A stretch of DNA of 64,000 nt. Origin: Eledone cirrhosa. Taxonomy: Eukaryota. Positions 40,853 to 56,796 of the stretch are shown one piece after another. Made by a program: the position numbers and the translations under genes. Under the pieces are notes generated by a model, which did not search any database, was not told where the DNA came from, and saw nothing but the letters and a program-made list of their open reading frames with translations. Numbering within the stretch: the stretch's first letter is position 1; the number at the start of each line of letters is the position of its first letter. The stretch is taken from positions 302,002,001-302,066,000 of the forward strand of contig OZ024743.1 in NCBI GenBank assembly GCA_964016885.1, read 5' to 3'.

Positions 40853-42749
40853 ACGCATACTACACATATACATACACATATTGATACAAACACACACACA
40901 CACAAACATAAATACAGAACTGACCAAAACTATTCATTATTTCTTAATATTGCAATGGCAACTGGTGCAAAATTACAGCCTTCAATGCCTCACCAGCTCT
41001 ATATAGTTGTGGACGTTAACATTATTTGTTCTGCGGCACAAACTAACCTGCATATAACATTCCATCTTTACGAAGGTACTCCATTCAATGACTATCATTT
41101 TTAGAGTGTTTGTGCTGTGTGTATGTGTGTATTTCTGCTTTGAACGTATAATTACATGCATCATTGTCGTAAAAGCATGTTTCAGTAATCTACAGTTCCT
41201 TGTTAAATAAGTATATGTTGAGTATTTGTGTAGTTGTGTATATGTTATATTATATTGATAGCCTATTGTATTTAAGTCATGATAAGATGGAGTGGAATGT
41301 GCTATGTGCATTGTTAAATGTGTATGAGATATTTATTTGTATATGATATATATCTATATCTTTATTTGCAATTGATATAGAAAATGATGTTGTTGCGATG
41401 AAGAATCAATATTAATTGAGATCATCTGATCACTGGATCATATATGCTCCTGTGGAACTCCTTGGGGAAGTGTACCACATATAATACAGTGTATACCATT
41501 CTAATGCATTACATAACATTAAATTCTAATCTGCATCCCTATACATGTACATATTCATTTTCTGTATGGCATATGATGTTTAATTGAGATATGTTATATT
41601 GTATATTCTAACAATCACCATTGATTAAGGTTTACATTTGTTGTAATGCGTTGGACAATATCAAATAATCACCATGTAATAAATGTAAACATAATAAATA
41701 TTTAAAATCAGTGACTTAGGACTTGTCAGTAAAGAACCTGAATTTTAAGTGAAATTTCGCAATGCACCATTCGAGTAGTAAATAATAAAAATGACATTTC
41801 ATTTACTTACATTTTTTTTTTTTTCAACATGCAGATACTGAATATCATGGATTTTATGAAAATAGAACTATATTTTGCTAAGTATACGGATATAATCAAT
41901 TTCGGTAAGTTGTTTTCCACTTGTCACATAATAAGAGATCACTTTTCAGAAGAGATTGAGCTGATGAGTGTGAGTTGGCATGTTAATTAACACAGGAAAA
42001 TGTGTTATTTTCATCTGAAATGTATTTCATGATATATTGAAAAGCTTGTCAATATTTGTGTTGTGTTGATAAGAGTACAACTCGAAATCCTAAAGGCGAC
42101 ATAGCCATCGTGCATATTAGAAATAAATGTCTTTACGCGTTTAAGCGTTATGAAAACTTCAAGAAAAAATGAGAATAACATATAGAAAATACAAAATAAA
42201 CCCTCTATAAAGCCTACACCACTACCAATAACAATCAAATCGACACAAACTTAAATATATGTTTCTCTTAGACGCGTCCATCAAATGTGACTGACTGAAT
42301 TTACTAGTAACAACACTCTAAATAAAATTATAAAATCTACCAACCGTCAAACATTCCATGGGAAAACTTTTGCATGAAAGCACAAACGCTTTTCTGAAGC
42401 CAGTATGAACTATGAACATCAACAGAAAGTAAAGCTGCTTTAGGTTTCATTGAAACTTTGTTCGGAAGTAAATATTTACCTCCTCTCGACCTATATAATT
42501 ACTTCGCTTCAGACTTAGAATATCCGCATTCTGTCATTCTCTCATATGAGATCTATGTAAAGAAAGAAATGATTTATCTTCGACGCAAAACACTAATAAG
42601 TTTATTGTGCATGTATGTGTGATAATATGACGTTAATTTCATGTTGAAGAAAATGTCAAGCTTTTATTCACCTTCAGTGTGTATTGAAGAGATATTGCTA
42701 CCCGGCAGTGCCCAACATACATTATGTTTTTCTATCTCCAATCTTAATC

Positions 42750-45065
42750 AATCCCATTGCTGGGAGGGCAATCTTAGGCAAGTAATATCGCACTCGTCTT
42801 GGGGTTGAGCATATCTACCTTAGCAAGCTTCATAAGTTTTGCTACTTGCTTCAGCTTGTGAGCGGCTTTGTTTGTCTCCGTACATGTTTTGAGAAGAGTC
42901 ACTCTTGGAATGTCTTATATATATATTGAATTAGATTAATTACACTTGTAAATTACAAAATATAGGAGCTCGTCTTTTAAAATACGTTAAACCTCACCTG
43001 TCACATTTACCATTTGTATCCTTTATCGCTATGCCATTTTATTAGCCTGGCAGGCTATATATATGATCCGACACCGTTCCCATAATTTCTCAGTTAATGC
43101 AATACTTGGTCTGCTATACTCAATCTCATGGAGACACCATCACAAAATCCCACAGATACTTTGTATCATTATTATCGAATACGCCACCAGGGTTATGTTT
43201 TTACACATGTCTACCCTATCAAGTGTATATTTACCACAAATTTCCCAATGCTAGAGGAGTGCACTGAGTGGTAATATTCCATAAAGTTTCTTAATCCATG
43301 CCAAACATTACTTCTGCACCTATTAGTTTCTGCTTTCTGGTTTAATCTATGTTGACGTAGTTAGTTTTTAGTCTTTGGTCTTGAGCAGCACAAATAAAGG
43401 CTTCTGCTTCCAGCTTTAGATCACTGTTAGACATATATAATCATCCTTATGTCCTCTCTGTCTCTCCTATATTTAATATCTTTATGGAATTGTCCATTTA
43501 CTTTCAATTTCATCCATCTTAAAATGCTTGCATTGTGTTTTATCATTATTATCTTCTATTTTGCACAACTCTGACCTTCTTAATTCTAGCAACAGCGGTT
43601 CTGTGAAATTCTTTATGTAGAATGACATGTTATTTTCTTCTATTCTAATGCTGGATTTGTACCCCATTAGTTCTCTTCGTCCACGTTTCCTGGTACATGT
43701 AATTTATATGTACCATTCTTTGGGTGAAATATCCCATATATATATATTCAATAATTTTCTGGTGTTTCGGTCTAAATTGTTTAACTCTCCGACTGTCCAT
43801 GCGATCACCCACCCCGCCCCATATCTAAGAGGTGAAGCCGCCCATCTATTGAAAGCTTGCATCTTATTCCGTTTCAACTTGAGTATAAGTCTCAGTCGGT
43901 GCATATTTTCCACCTTAAAATTTCCTTTCATTTCCTCCTACATTATATTAATACACCTACGTTCTTATAAGCTTCCTCTTTTAGTTGCTTCTCAATATGC
44001 TCATCACAGAATCTATATTTTGGAACAATTCCATTTCTAATCATATTGGCTTGAAATCTATCAAAATGAAGCCATCACTCTCTGCCTTTAGCCAATATCT
44101 CCACAGCCACTGATTAATGAGAGTTTGATCTACATCAGGTTCGTTGCTATGGGGAACGTACCGCCCCTAAAGTGGAATTTGCTCTCATTTAGTGCACTGT
44201 CCTTGTCAGCATTCATGTTTCACATACACTTTGAACATTTTTTTAATTTTAATTGCAGATTCCCCGTCATTTTCGAAATGTATACTGAATTCTTCCTCAA
44301 ACTTCCTACCTTTCTATGAGACTGAATATAACCTCTTGTATCTTTCGTCATCTTTAACCATTTATACCCTCTAATCATCTGTGGTTTTATGGTAGGGTTA
44401 GAGTCCAATGTTCGATATCCTGTATGACATCTCTAGCTGTATCATTTATCTAGCTCTGTTTTGTCTAGGGATATAGAGGTGATCCACACCTGCTTTTGGG
44501 TGCTGTATTCTAGTACATTTGAAAAGTTTCCGGATTTTGGTGCCCATTCTCTGAATCGTGATTGCGTTCCAATTCATACTATTGAAACTGTAGTTAACAA
44601 CTAAGTTTGCAAGTGCATTTATAACGTTTAATTTGTTTCTCGAGTGAAGCTCAATTTCTCAGACAGCACATAATCTCCGGTAGCATCCCTTCCCGATTCT
44701 CTCCTTCATTCTAGCGTGCTGAATGCATTAGCCTTCCTTGATCCCTAGATATTTGTAGGATTGTTCCTCTTATAATACCCTAACTACTCTATGCAATACT
44801 ATTTTCATTGTGCTTTAGCTAGTCATTCTTCCATTCTCAAATACTGCATTGCTGCATTTTTCCAGTCCAAAACATCATCCTTACATCTTCGCTGATCACC
44901 ATATCATCCTTCAGCAGTCTTTCCAATCCGTTGTCATTTTTGTCATGGAGATTCATATCATCCATATAAATCAAGTGATTTATGGTTTGCTGTCGATTTT
45001 GATACCACGTTTTGCGTGTTGAGCGCTAACGACAGTAGTGTGATTGCAATGAAAATGATCAGAGG
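42750..45065 (-). pseudogene. Heavily decayed R4-type RLE retrotransposon
   Basis: NKMQAFNRWAASPLRYGAG..WTVGELNNLDRNTRKLL; EAEAFICAAQDQ at ~43375-43410; many stops. Confidence 0.7.
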
Positions 45066-45395
45066 AGAAATGTTTAAAATTGCCAGATTTCGATATTTAT
45101 GCTGGTGGAATGTATAGTCTAATCGCGTTATGACGATGATATATTTTTATTCCCTATTGAACTGTTGTATTTCAAGAAATGTTATATTACGGAGGAACTT
45201 TCATACCATGCAAAGTTTTCAACGTTCACGATGTGAAAAACTATCAAAGGTTTTCTTATGGTCAATCGAAGCAGTACCCAGCTTATTTGTATTATTATAT
45301 TTATAATTATTGTTTAGTTGAAGCAAAACACAACATAATGAATCTTCACACAAATAAATACACAGAAATACACCTACGTAAATATACATACACTC

Positions 45396-45435
<40 letters not shown>

Positions 45436-45608
45436 ATATATATATATTGTTATACTTGGGGAGGGTCATATTTGCGTAATATTGCCAGAATTAATAACAG
45501 AACACATTCACTGTTTGGTTGGTTTTCGCTTCTCGCTGTCTTTTATATCTGCGATCTAACTTACTCGGTCCTCAACGTTGCCATTGACTGACCGTATATA
45601 TATATTGA

Positions 45609-45739
<131 letters not shown>

Positions 45740-47386
45740 TGTGTGTATATGTGTGTGTGTGCGAGTGTGTCTGTGTATGTACATACATATGTGTATATGT
45801 GTGTGTAAGTATTTATACATCAAATCATTAAAGAAATGAACTGAGAGCTTTTACCCAATATAATAAATTATAGCAGGGAAGATATGAATGGAACAATGAG
45901 ATATTAGAAACGTGAGGTAAATTAAGAACATTTGGTTTGAAAAATCGATCTCATTACGTAATACGAGGGGAAAGAATGAATACTGCGATTGTGTGCAAAC
46001 ATTTTCTGAATAAATGAGTGTAATAAAATTGTGCCGATATTTATCTAGATGTAATTATTTTGAGCTTCATCAAAATGTAAATAAATATAATACAAAAATG
46101 CAATAAAAATTAATTCATATGATTCTACCGGAAAGTTTTTTTTTTTTTCACTAAATTCTTCGCTTTGGAATAACATACCTAATTGCTGAAAATATAGGGT
46201 ATTGCAAATATCGAATAATATACAGACAAACGTATAACTGGTCACATGTTGTTGACTGTCATGAAATATTGTGCTATCTAAATCGTTTGACCCAGAATAT
46301 TATCCTTCAATAAATATTAATATTGGTATCGCATAAATCTGTTACATAATTGTATAAATCAAGGATTTTCCATGAAACATGATAAACAGATGTGAAATAT
46401 GATGAATAAAATGACGCTTTTTCTGAGTATATGTGCGAGGTTTGATAGTATATTTGTGAGGTGTATTAAATAATTAAAAAAATCAGCAACTGTACAAATT
46501 AATTTAGAGTATTCTGCAGCCGTATTGCACGCGCAGTTTGAAAATATTGATTTCACTAACTTAAATTCATAGCATAAATAATATTTCATCTAAATCCAAA
46601 ATCACTGTAATTCGTATTATGTTTAGTATATGGGCGTCGATGTGGAATTACAATTCAGAATAATATTTTCTGTCTGATAATTATAAAAGATAATCAGTTA
46701 TGACCATCATCGTTCATGTATCCAAGCTGATAATATCTAAGGTAAATTGAATCTTGTTTTAGAGAGAATATTGCTTGTATGGGTATATGTGGATCACACA
46801 AACTAAGTTATGACGTATGCTCCTGTCCACCTACGTAAGCTGAAATAGCTATCTTAGAACTTACATATGTTATTAATATTAAGTTCACAAATAGATAATA
46901 TTAAATATAGTAATGAAGCATCAGAAAGATGTGACGCAGACAAATGCAGAAATATTTGTTTGTACAGAAAAAATTTTGTTTAATATTAATATTTTTACAT
47001 AGGTTTTTAAATAAATAATATGCGCAGACGAAGAAGTAAATTTCTTGCAAGGAGGGAACATGCAGAAAACTTTAATTATTCAAAACCTCAATAAACTATC
47101 ACAAACACGTGACCTTTATTGAAAAGCTATGCATTGTATACAACACAGGTACAGAAGATAAGACAAACGACGTTGAATCAAAATATAGTGAGGCTGCTGT
47201 TGTGGCGGAAGACAATCTTTGGGGTATGTAACTGAGGTGTTATTTCTCTATTCCTTTAAAATGAAAACGAATAAGTGCTTGATATTTAGTGACCCATTAT
47301 GAAATGGCATGTTAAAATAATGTCAAAATAATGGTCTGTTTATACACACAACTACCATTACACACACATATATATATATATATATT

Positions 47387-47495
<109 letters not shown>

Positions 47496-47553
47496 TAATA
47501 GTGAACGATAGAAGGATAACGTGGACGGCTGTGCAAAAAGGGATTTATTTCTA

Positions 47554-47664
47554 ATATTAACAATTGTTTCATTATTCTGGTGAGCCTTAGGGCCTCTAAT
47601 CACTTGAAGCTGCGTCACTCGACCTTAAATACAATGTTTACCTCTGATCAAATCATCGGAATAC
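47554..47664 (-). ncRNA. Family E hammerhead (core CCGATGA)
   Basis: GTATT-CCGATGA-tttgatcag...GAAAC-AATT-GTT-AATAT. Confidence 0.6.
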
Positions 47665-48677
47665 TGGAGGTTTTAACATATGGCATTGGTATTTATAGAT
47701 ACAACAGAGAATCAAAACAATTATATCAATAATAAAAGATATTAATGATGAAGTTAGAATGAAGATGATAAAGACGTAAAGAATAAGTAAAAAAGTAATA
47801 AGTACAGAATACGATTGTTGAAAACAGTGGTGGTGGTGATGGTGGTGGTTAAAGTTACAGCGGGGTGTAAGTGTCTGTGTAAAGAGGTGATAAGGAGATA
47901 ACTCTAGCATGTAAAGAAACATTAAGTGCATACATACGTAGTGGGCAAATCTCAGAAGATTAGAGTAAGAAATAAAAAATAGTAACAAATAACAGATAAC
48001 AGATAAAAAATAATGAATACAAATTAAGTGAGATGGGAAGAGATATAGGACAGGAGACAGAGAGTGGGGATGCTGATACGAGGATGAAACATAAGGCGTA
48101 GGGCTAAGGACGCGGAAGTAGTAGATAGATAGATAGATAGAGAATACAATTTGAGAGGGTAGCGTTGATATATGGGTGTTTAATGCCTGGCAGGCTGATT
48201 GTTTTATCTTAATGTAGGTGATGTGGCTTTAGGGAGAGAGAGTGAAAGAAAGGTTGAGAGATGTATGTGGTTGATTTAGTGACCAGTTGGTGAGTTGACA
48301 GCTAATAACAGTGACGTGGTATGTAGTCATTACATTAAAATCCGGGTGGTTCTGCTTGAATTCTGAGATTGCTGGTTCGAATCATGTTGGTTTGAAGTTT
48401 GCGAACTTGGTAGCGACTTTGTGCCTACAGAAAATTGATCGTTCTATTTAGTTGTTAAGCAGCATTTTATCATACTTTAAAATATGGAACAGCTCCATAT
48501 TGCAAAGTCCGGAAAAAAGTAGATAAGAGCACTCCACAACGTTGGCCAACAACATCTGGCAGCTTAAGGACCCAAACCAGGAATATGGGATTAGCTGGTC
48601 GAAATTATCGGGAGTAAGCGCCTACAATAATGAACTTTCCCACTGCACTGCGGACTTTGCAATATGGAGATGTTCCA

Positions 48678-48787
48678 TATTCTGATGATTTTATCAGAGG
48701 CAAACGCTGTATTTAAGGTCGAGTGACGCCACTTCGAGTGATTAGCAGCATTTGGAATCACCTGATCAATGAAACAATCGTTAATAC
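48678..48787 (+). ncRNA. Family E hammerhead, near intact, long stem II
   Basis: TATT-CTGATGA(48682)-ttttATCAG...CTGATcaat-GAAAC(48771)-AATC-GTT-AATA. Confidence 0.72.
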
Positions 48788-49006
48788 TAGAAATAAAACC
48801 CTTTTTGTATAGCCGACCATGTTATCCTTCAATCTGTCACTATTATTTCTCCAAGAATAACCTGCATGGGAATTCTCACTAACTCGCCACCTAACTATGG
48901 AAACCTCGTGTCGAGTCCAACAACGCCGTACGCTAAAACTATCTACAATACAATACAAAGTACTCACAACCTCCAACTGGATTACCTAAAACGATAACTT
49001 GTTATC

Positions 49007-49090
<84 letters not shown>

Positions 49091-49093
<3 letters not shown>

Positions 49094-49849
49094 AGTTAAT
49101 ATAAATTAATATATATGATAAAACACAAATACCAACATAAAAGTGTTTGTATTGCAAAAGACTAAGATAGCTAGATTGAAAAATACTAATTATAATAATA
49201 CAGTTTCTGTTTTATCATATATATTAATTTATATTAACTTGTATTACACGGCTCAGAAATACTTCTTTTTTTGAGCTATTTCATTGTAAAAGACTGCTTG
49301 AGTTTAGAACTCATTATTCTTAGTATCACTGCTCCTTATGTAGAGCTAACTTTAGCCCCATATAAACGGCTGTTATTTCTAGCAGAACGAGTATGCGGCA
49401 GCTAGAAACTGGAAAACCATGTGCGTTAAACAGTCTTTTTAAATATTTTGAAGTGAAGCATACCAATTGTTCTGGGTACTTACTGAGGAGAGCGGAACGG
49501 GGTATTCTTTCACTTTTTCATCTCGAAACGTATTTGGATTTTGAAGTTTAAACTTATCTACGGAACAGGTTTGATTTTGAAATTTAAATTTGTCTAAGTA
49601 CCACGGCCATTTGCCAATATCGTTTGTTTTTATTGATTTATTATTTTAAATCGAGACAGGCATTATTATAATTAGTATTTTTTAATCTAGCTATCTTAGT
49701 ATTATGCAATACAAACACTTTTATGTTGGTATTTGTGTTTTATCATATATATTAATTTATATTAACTTGTATTACACGGCTCAGAAATACTTCTTTCTTT
49801 GAGCTATTTCATTGTAAAGGACTGCTTGAGTTTAGAACTCATTATTTTA

Positions 49850-49851
<2 letters not shown>
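49091..49851 (+). mobile_element. Family F pseudo-LTR or retrozyme-like unit (~528 bp) with an inverted 5' arm
   Basis: 49208-49323 is repeated at 49736-49851; 49091-49207 is the reverse complement of ~49655-49770. Confidence 0.85.
49475..49602 (+). ncRNA. Intact type I hammerhead with extended stem III (family F)
   Basis: Stem I GGTACTTA/TAAGTACC (8 bp); CTGAGGA 49483-49489; stem II GAG..CTC; GAAAC 49525; ~25-bp AU/GU-rich stem III; GTC 49592-49594. Confidence 0.85.
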
Positions 49852-49924
<73 letters not shown>

Positions 49925-49931
<7 letters not shown>

Positions 49932-51825
49932 TTATTTATTAAAATAACAGATTAAAGTTTAAGCAAAGAATCGCTGCTTTCACCCTTAACGGGATCTTCT
50001 GAAACTAGCAAAATCAATCTGTAAACGCTGAAGTGGATATTTCAAAAAACGTTGCAACCGGAGGAAGACAGGAAGACGATACGTTGGCTCGTGGAAACGT
50101 TCCCTGGCAAGGAACGGGAAAAAACGAATACAATTCGTCATTAATAGGAGCGGTGAAAAACAATTACGCGCAAAGACAGAACCACGTTTATGGTATAAAA
50201 GAAGTCGTAGACTAATGTTCTCTTAGGTGGTTCATAGAGACGTTCTCTGGCAATGAACGGAAAAAACGAAGATAATACGTCATATGTGGAGCGTGGAGAA
50301 CAATTGCACGCAAAGACAAAACTACGTAAATGGTATACCTGAAGTCGTAGACTAAAATTCTAACTAGGAAACCGAATGAATCCCCGCTTCAGAGTTAAGA
50401 ATAAAGTAAATAAAATACAATACAGAGGTAATAGAAATTAAATAAATACATGCATACAAATACGTACATACACAAGCATTCGCGAAAACACTTGCCATGG
50501 GTAAACAAAACCACGCACATATAAATATGTGTGTGTGTGTATGCGTGTATACACATAAATAAATAATTAAATAAAATTATATAAATAAATAAATACGTAT
50601 ATAACAAGCACACACACATACCAACATGTAAATACACAAATGTTCGGAGACGTAAGTCAACCAAAACATGAAGTACACATATACACACACCCTACATACG
50701 TACGAACATGCATACTCACACAGACGCAAAACTCCCGTATACACATAAACAAACCATATGTACCAGAATATATAAAAAATGATACGCCATAACATATACA
50801 ATCAAATATACGTACGAGAAAGTATGCGTACCTTCACAAAACATACAGGTAATATATACATACCTATGCAAATAAGTAATGGTATAAACAATACATATAC
50901 TTATTTACCACACCGAGACGTAAAATATCCTCGTATAGACCGTACTATCCGTTAGGGTACATCGTGGGGCTGTAATACTAGAAAGTTTTGTGCAATTTAT
51001 GATTACAAGCCGAAATTACCTCAGATTTTTTGTTTAAGATGTGGTCTTTGGCGTAGAGTAATTCCAGGGCCTCAGCGGCGCAGAGCTCACATGGTCTTTT
51101 ATTTCCGTTATACGATCTAGCCCTAGCTAGGATCTCCAAGTGTCACTTATATTGGGTGTGGTTGTCTTTTAGACTCCAGATATAAGCTGAAAGTGACGTC
51201 ATATTCCTTCTTAGAGGGTAACGAAAAGAATGGGTATACATGTAAAGACGCTGCTTGAATCTATTGGCGGTTAACCCTATGTAGGCCCTACGGGACGTGG
51301 GTGTTGCAACCTTACATTTGTAGCAACGTTACTAGAGAGGCATTTCCCGGATAGGGCGCAATTAATCCGATTCCTACAATTACAGTTAGTACTAACTACA
51401 GGGTTGCACGTGTTCCTACGGCTAGGTAGTTTTGCTAAATTTGAAGCTGTGATGTTATGTGCAAGGTTAGGAGTCGTAGAGTAAGGAATGTTAATAGTAT
51501 TTCTATTAAAAATGTTACTATATTTATGTGTAGGGGGAAAATGCTTCGTAATAATAGAAAGAAAGATCTTAGCTAATGGTGTGGCCACCTATATATTATA
51601 TGGTGGGTTATACCAACAAATGCGAGGGGATCAATTTCTTCTAGATCTATTTTCGTACTCTGTATATGCTACATCCAGTTAAGGGTGAAAGCAGCGATTA
51701 TTTGCTTAAACTTTAATCTGTTATTTTAATAAATATTTGCTCTACGGTTCTTATATATTTGATATATATTTATCCTTATCGAGCCCTCTTTAGATTTTAG
51801 TCTTCAAATTTATTATTATTACTAA
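49925..51825 (-). mobile_element. 5'-truncated PLE: GIY-YIG fragment + sense 3' pseudo-LTR (family B HHR 49956-50006) + inverted 5' pseudo-LTR (51678-51825)
   Basis: ORF, 3' UTR and family B motif are on the same strand; the inverted copy abuts the truncation point. Confidence 0.8.
50980..51675 (-). pseudogene. PLE linker and GIY-YIG endonuclease, frameshifted
   Basis: WYNPPY..KHFPPTHKYSNIFNRNTINIPYS..CNCRNRINCALSGKC, then in another frame YIGLTANRFKQR..SLSAYIWSLKD..CELCAAE..LNKKSEVISAC. Confidence 0.85.
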
Positions 51826-51894
<69 letters not shown>

Positions 51895-51969
51895 TATATA
51901 AATACGTGTGTGTATGTGTGTGCGTGTGTGTGTGTGTGTGTATGTGTGTGTGTGTGTATGTGTGTGCGT

Positions 51970-52642
<673 letters not shown>

Positions 52643-52716
52643 GAATTTATTGTATTCAGCCATATAGAGCCAGATGGCTGGAACAGGTTAAATATGAAAG
52701 ATAATAAATATATATA

Positions 52717-53693
52717 CTAGCAACAGTACCCAGCGTTGCCTGGGTAGGTAACATATTATCTGCTTTGATGAAAATGTGTTGATCTTATCGGCTGCTTCTC
52801 GATCACTCATCTATGGCCACACACAGGCCACGCGAGGGAAGGTGGTGATGACCTCTATCACTGAGAAACGCGGGTGTCTGACGAAGGGACATGCTGGGGG
52901 AGGGAGGTAATGACCTCTAACACTAAGCCAAATATCCTCACACTACTTGATTGGAAACCCATGAATTCTTAAATACTCAACTAAAAGCACAGACGACGTC
53001 AGTGGCCATCATTTTGCCTTTGACCATCTATAAGATGTGCAATGATAGGTTCTATCGTAGTATAAAAGTTAAATCAAATAAATTGATTTATGTGTGAAGT
53101 GGAGCCCATGTTTCGAATTTGAACGAAATCGGTTGAACAATGTGGTAGCTAGAGCCGAAAAGGCGGAAATGTGAGCCAAAAGTTGGTATTTTCGAATATT
53201 TAACCGGCTACAACGCCGTTCCTATACAACAAATACAAATTTTAATGCCACTTCACGACGTGAAATAATAAAATCTAGCGTAGTGTAAAATTTGAACAAA
53301 GTAGGTTGATTAATGTTGGGACTAGAGCGGGAAAAGTGGACATTTGAGTCTAAAAGTGATATTATTGAATATTTATGCGGCTACCACGCCAGCCCTGAAC
53401 AACAAATGCAAAAGGGAAAGCAATTCCAGTATGTACAATGATAAATTCTATTATGCTTTAAAATTTGAACGAAATAGGTGGCAAAATGTCGGAGTTAGAG
53501 CCAAAAATCTTATTTTTATCTGCTGAATGACCCCAGAATAAAAAAAAAACCGATACGGTGATATATAGCAACCACTCCCCGATTACTAATCTATGAGCCT
53601 GTAAAGTTTCATGAAAATAGGTCGTAATATGTAAACCCCTGTAGGTATTACACAGAAACACACAAACAAAAACTTAATTTGATATATATACAG
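52717..53693 (-). mobile_element. Non-autonomous Helitron-like element
   Basis: On the minus strand it ends in hairpin ACCCAGGCAACGCTGGGT, 7 nt, then CTAG followed by T; three ~172-bp internal subrepeats (aatttgaacgaaa..ggttga at 53117, 53289, 53462); 5' end resembles (T)CTATATATA. Confidence 0.7.
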
Positions 53694-53707
53694 GTATACG
53701 AGGAATA

Positions 53708-53789
<82 letters not shown>

Positions 53790-54237
53790 AATGATGTAAT
53801 TCCATCGGAAAAGTCCAGGAAAAAAGAGTGCTCTATGTAGGCAACAGAGCTTAATTATTATTATTATGTAATAAACAACATAAGGCAATTATTCCATTTA
53901 CCAGTGTTTTCTTAAAAGCAAAAGATTTTGCTTTCAATCCTCAGAATGAAAAAATCCTGGTTTGTTTATTGAATTTGGATTTTAAAAAACAAAAATACAA
54001 TCTATATGAAAGTGAGGCTGGAGAAGGGAGAAGGAAAGGAAAAATAAAATAAAACTACACATGCAAACACACACATAAAAAAAAAAACAACACAAAAGCA
54101 TACTTACACATACATACATATATACATATATATATGTAAGCATACATATATACATATATATAAAACGTACCCTTACATACACATACACATATATACACAT
54201 GTACACATACATACATTCATATATACACACACACACA

Positions 54238-54282
<45 letters not shown>

Positions 54283-54301
54283 ACACACACATATATATAT
54301 G

Positions 54302-54386
<85 letters not shown>

Positions 54387-55111
54387 ACATACACACACAT
54401 ACACATGTGTGTGTACAAACATACACATACACAAACCTAGCCATACACACACACATATGGTGGCTGCCAACTCGTTTTCGAGTACGGCCACTACTTTATA
54501 TCCATGTAGAAGAACCCCTACCGATGCGCTGAACGAATGTGACTTTTTAGTCCAGCCAGCGACTTGAAAGCTCTGGTACAAACACTACACTTGTGACCAT
54601 TATTGACACATAGTGCAGGGCCCATGGTACCATGTGATGACAAGTGCAGAGAGATCTCCAAATATAAAGCAATGCCTGTGCTGTGAAGCTTTTGTAGTGA
54701 GCAAAGGCACTGCACAAAGCCAGTCCCACTCTCTTAACCAAGATGATATTTACCAAAAAGAAGAACAAGTCAACACACATATACATACATACATTCACAC
54801 AAACATACAAAACGTACATACATATACATACATGAATGCACTCCTCTACATATTCACACACGCAAATAAATATAAGAAAAAAAAAAAATATATATATATA
54901 TTAAAAAAATGTTAACACCGTTACATGAACCAGCTAACAGGACAGACACGCGTGGTAAGTATGTATACATACGTACGAAATAGTAAACACATACACACAC
55001 TCTCACACATAAATATACATATACAAATACATAAACACATACATACACATACATACACAAACACGCACACGTATACAATATATACACACAAACATGTATA
55101 TGTAATTATAT

Positions 55112-55165
<54 letters not shown>
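53790..55165 (-). repeat. Family H pseudo-LTR unit (inverted copy of 58195-59110) with HHR at 53892-53951 and an RTE-derived insertion
   Basis: Long reverse-complement match to 58260-59110; this HHR has a GAAAA change in stem III. Confidence 0.85.
54456..54775 (-). mobile_element. 5'-truncated RTE-derived insertion with probable TSD acacacatat
   Basis: Matches 16490-16808; encodes [22 protein letters not shown]; absent from the paralogous site near 58575. Confidence 0.75.
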
Positions 55166-55170
<5 letters not shown>

Positions 55171-56284
55171 AAGAGATCAAATCGAAAATGCAACTGAAGT
55201 CTTATTTTTTTTTTAAATATATATATTTATTTGGTTCCTTTACCGGTTTCGCAGTTCTTCTGCTTTTCAAAAGGTGAGTTGAGATGGAGGGTCTGTGGTT
55301 TTTCTCACATCTGGTTGGTCTCTGAATGTTACTTGTTTTATATGAAAAAAGTGGCTCGAAATTCCAGGTTTTTCGAGAAGTAATTTGATTGGTTTGTCAA
55401 TAATTATAATACATTTCGCGCCAGTTCGCGTTACAATAGTTCTTCAAATAAGAGAGGGGGTGGGGGGGTTGTCACAGGTTGTTTTTTCATATATGAGTGT
55501 TTGAATTTCTTTTTACTTGAAAAAAGGAGTCTCCCGAAGGCTTTTTTTTTGGTTGGTTATAAAGGAAATTTGGCTGTCACACACATACACACACACAAGC
55601 ACACAAATAAACATACATATCTTCAGTCTCAATAGAACATCTGAACTCTGACACCCCGGCGAGCTGGCCATATTCACTGAACCAGAACATTTCTCCCAAT
55701 CCCTTTTCTCTTGACCACTATCTCTCCATTGTCATAACATTCACTATAAAGACTACAGAATAGTTTTCCAAACAAGGGCTCAAAAATGTAATAAAAACTT
55801 GTTCACGTGACAGCCAAATTTCATTTATAACCAACCAAAAAAAAGGCTTCGTGAGCCTCCTTTTTTCAAGTAACAAGAAATTCAAACAATCATATATGAA
55901 AAAACAACCTGTGACAACCCCCCCCCCCCCCCTCTCTCTTATTTGAAGAACTATTGTAACGCGAACTGGCACGAAATTTATTATAATTATTGACAAACCA
56001 ATCAAATTACTTCTCGAAAAACCTGGAATTTCGAGCCACCTTTTCCATATAAAACAAGTAACATTCAGAGACCAACCAGATGTGAGAAAAACCACAGACA
56101 CTCCATCTCAACTCACCTTTTGAAAAGCAGAACAACTGCGAAACCGGAAAAGGAACCAAATAAATATATATATTTAAAAAAAAAATAAGACTTCAGTTGC
56201 ATTTTCGATTTCATCTCTTTTTCTTTATACTTTCACTCGTGTAGGACACCTCAGTTATTTTTCATTTTGTAAAAAAAACCTCAC

Positions 56285-56323
<39 letters not shown>

Positions 56324-56525
56324 ACAATATAAACGCACACACACACACACACACACATATACGTATACATACACACACATATACATACATAGCTAAACAA
56401 TTATACACATGCAAATACGTATATATCATAAACACGTACAACCAAATACAAACACACACACACACACGCACGCACAGACACACACACACACATACATACA
56501 TATATATATAAATGCACACACACAT

Positions 56526-56576
<51 letters not shown>

Positions 56577-56736
56577 TACACACACATACACATATACGTA
56601 CATATACACATATGCATACACATACACACACACATATACATGTGTGTATGTGTAAAACTCAATCTTAGATAAGACAAATGAACCTTACATAAACGTATAT
56701 ATATTACTAAAGTAATAAAGCAACATAAGGCAATTA

Positions 56737-56796
56737 TTCCATTCACCAGTGGTTTCTTAAAAGCAATAAATGTTTCCTTCAATCTTCAGAATGAAA
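56737..56796 (-). ncRNA. Family H hammerhead in the 3' region of the GIY-YIG PLE (non-canonical GUG triplet)
   Basis: TTTCATT-CTGAAGA-ttgaagg..ctttTAA-GAAAC-CACTG-GTG-AATGGAA. Confidence 0.7.
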
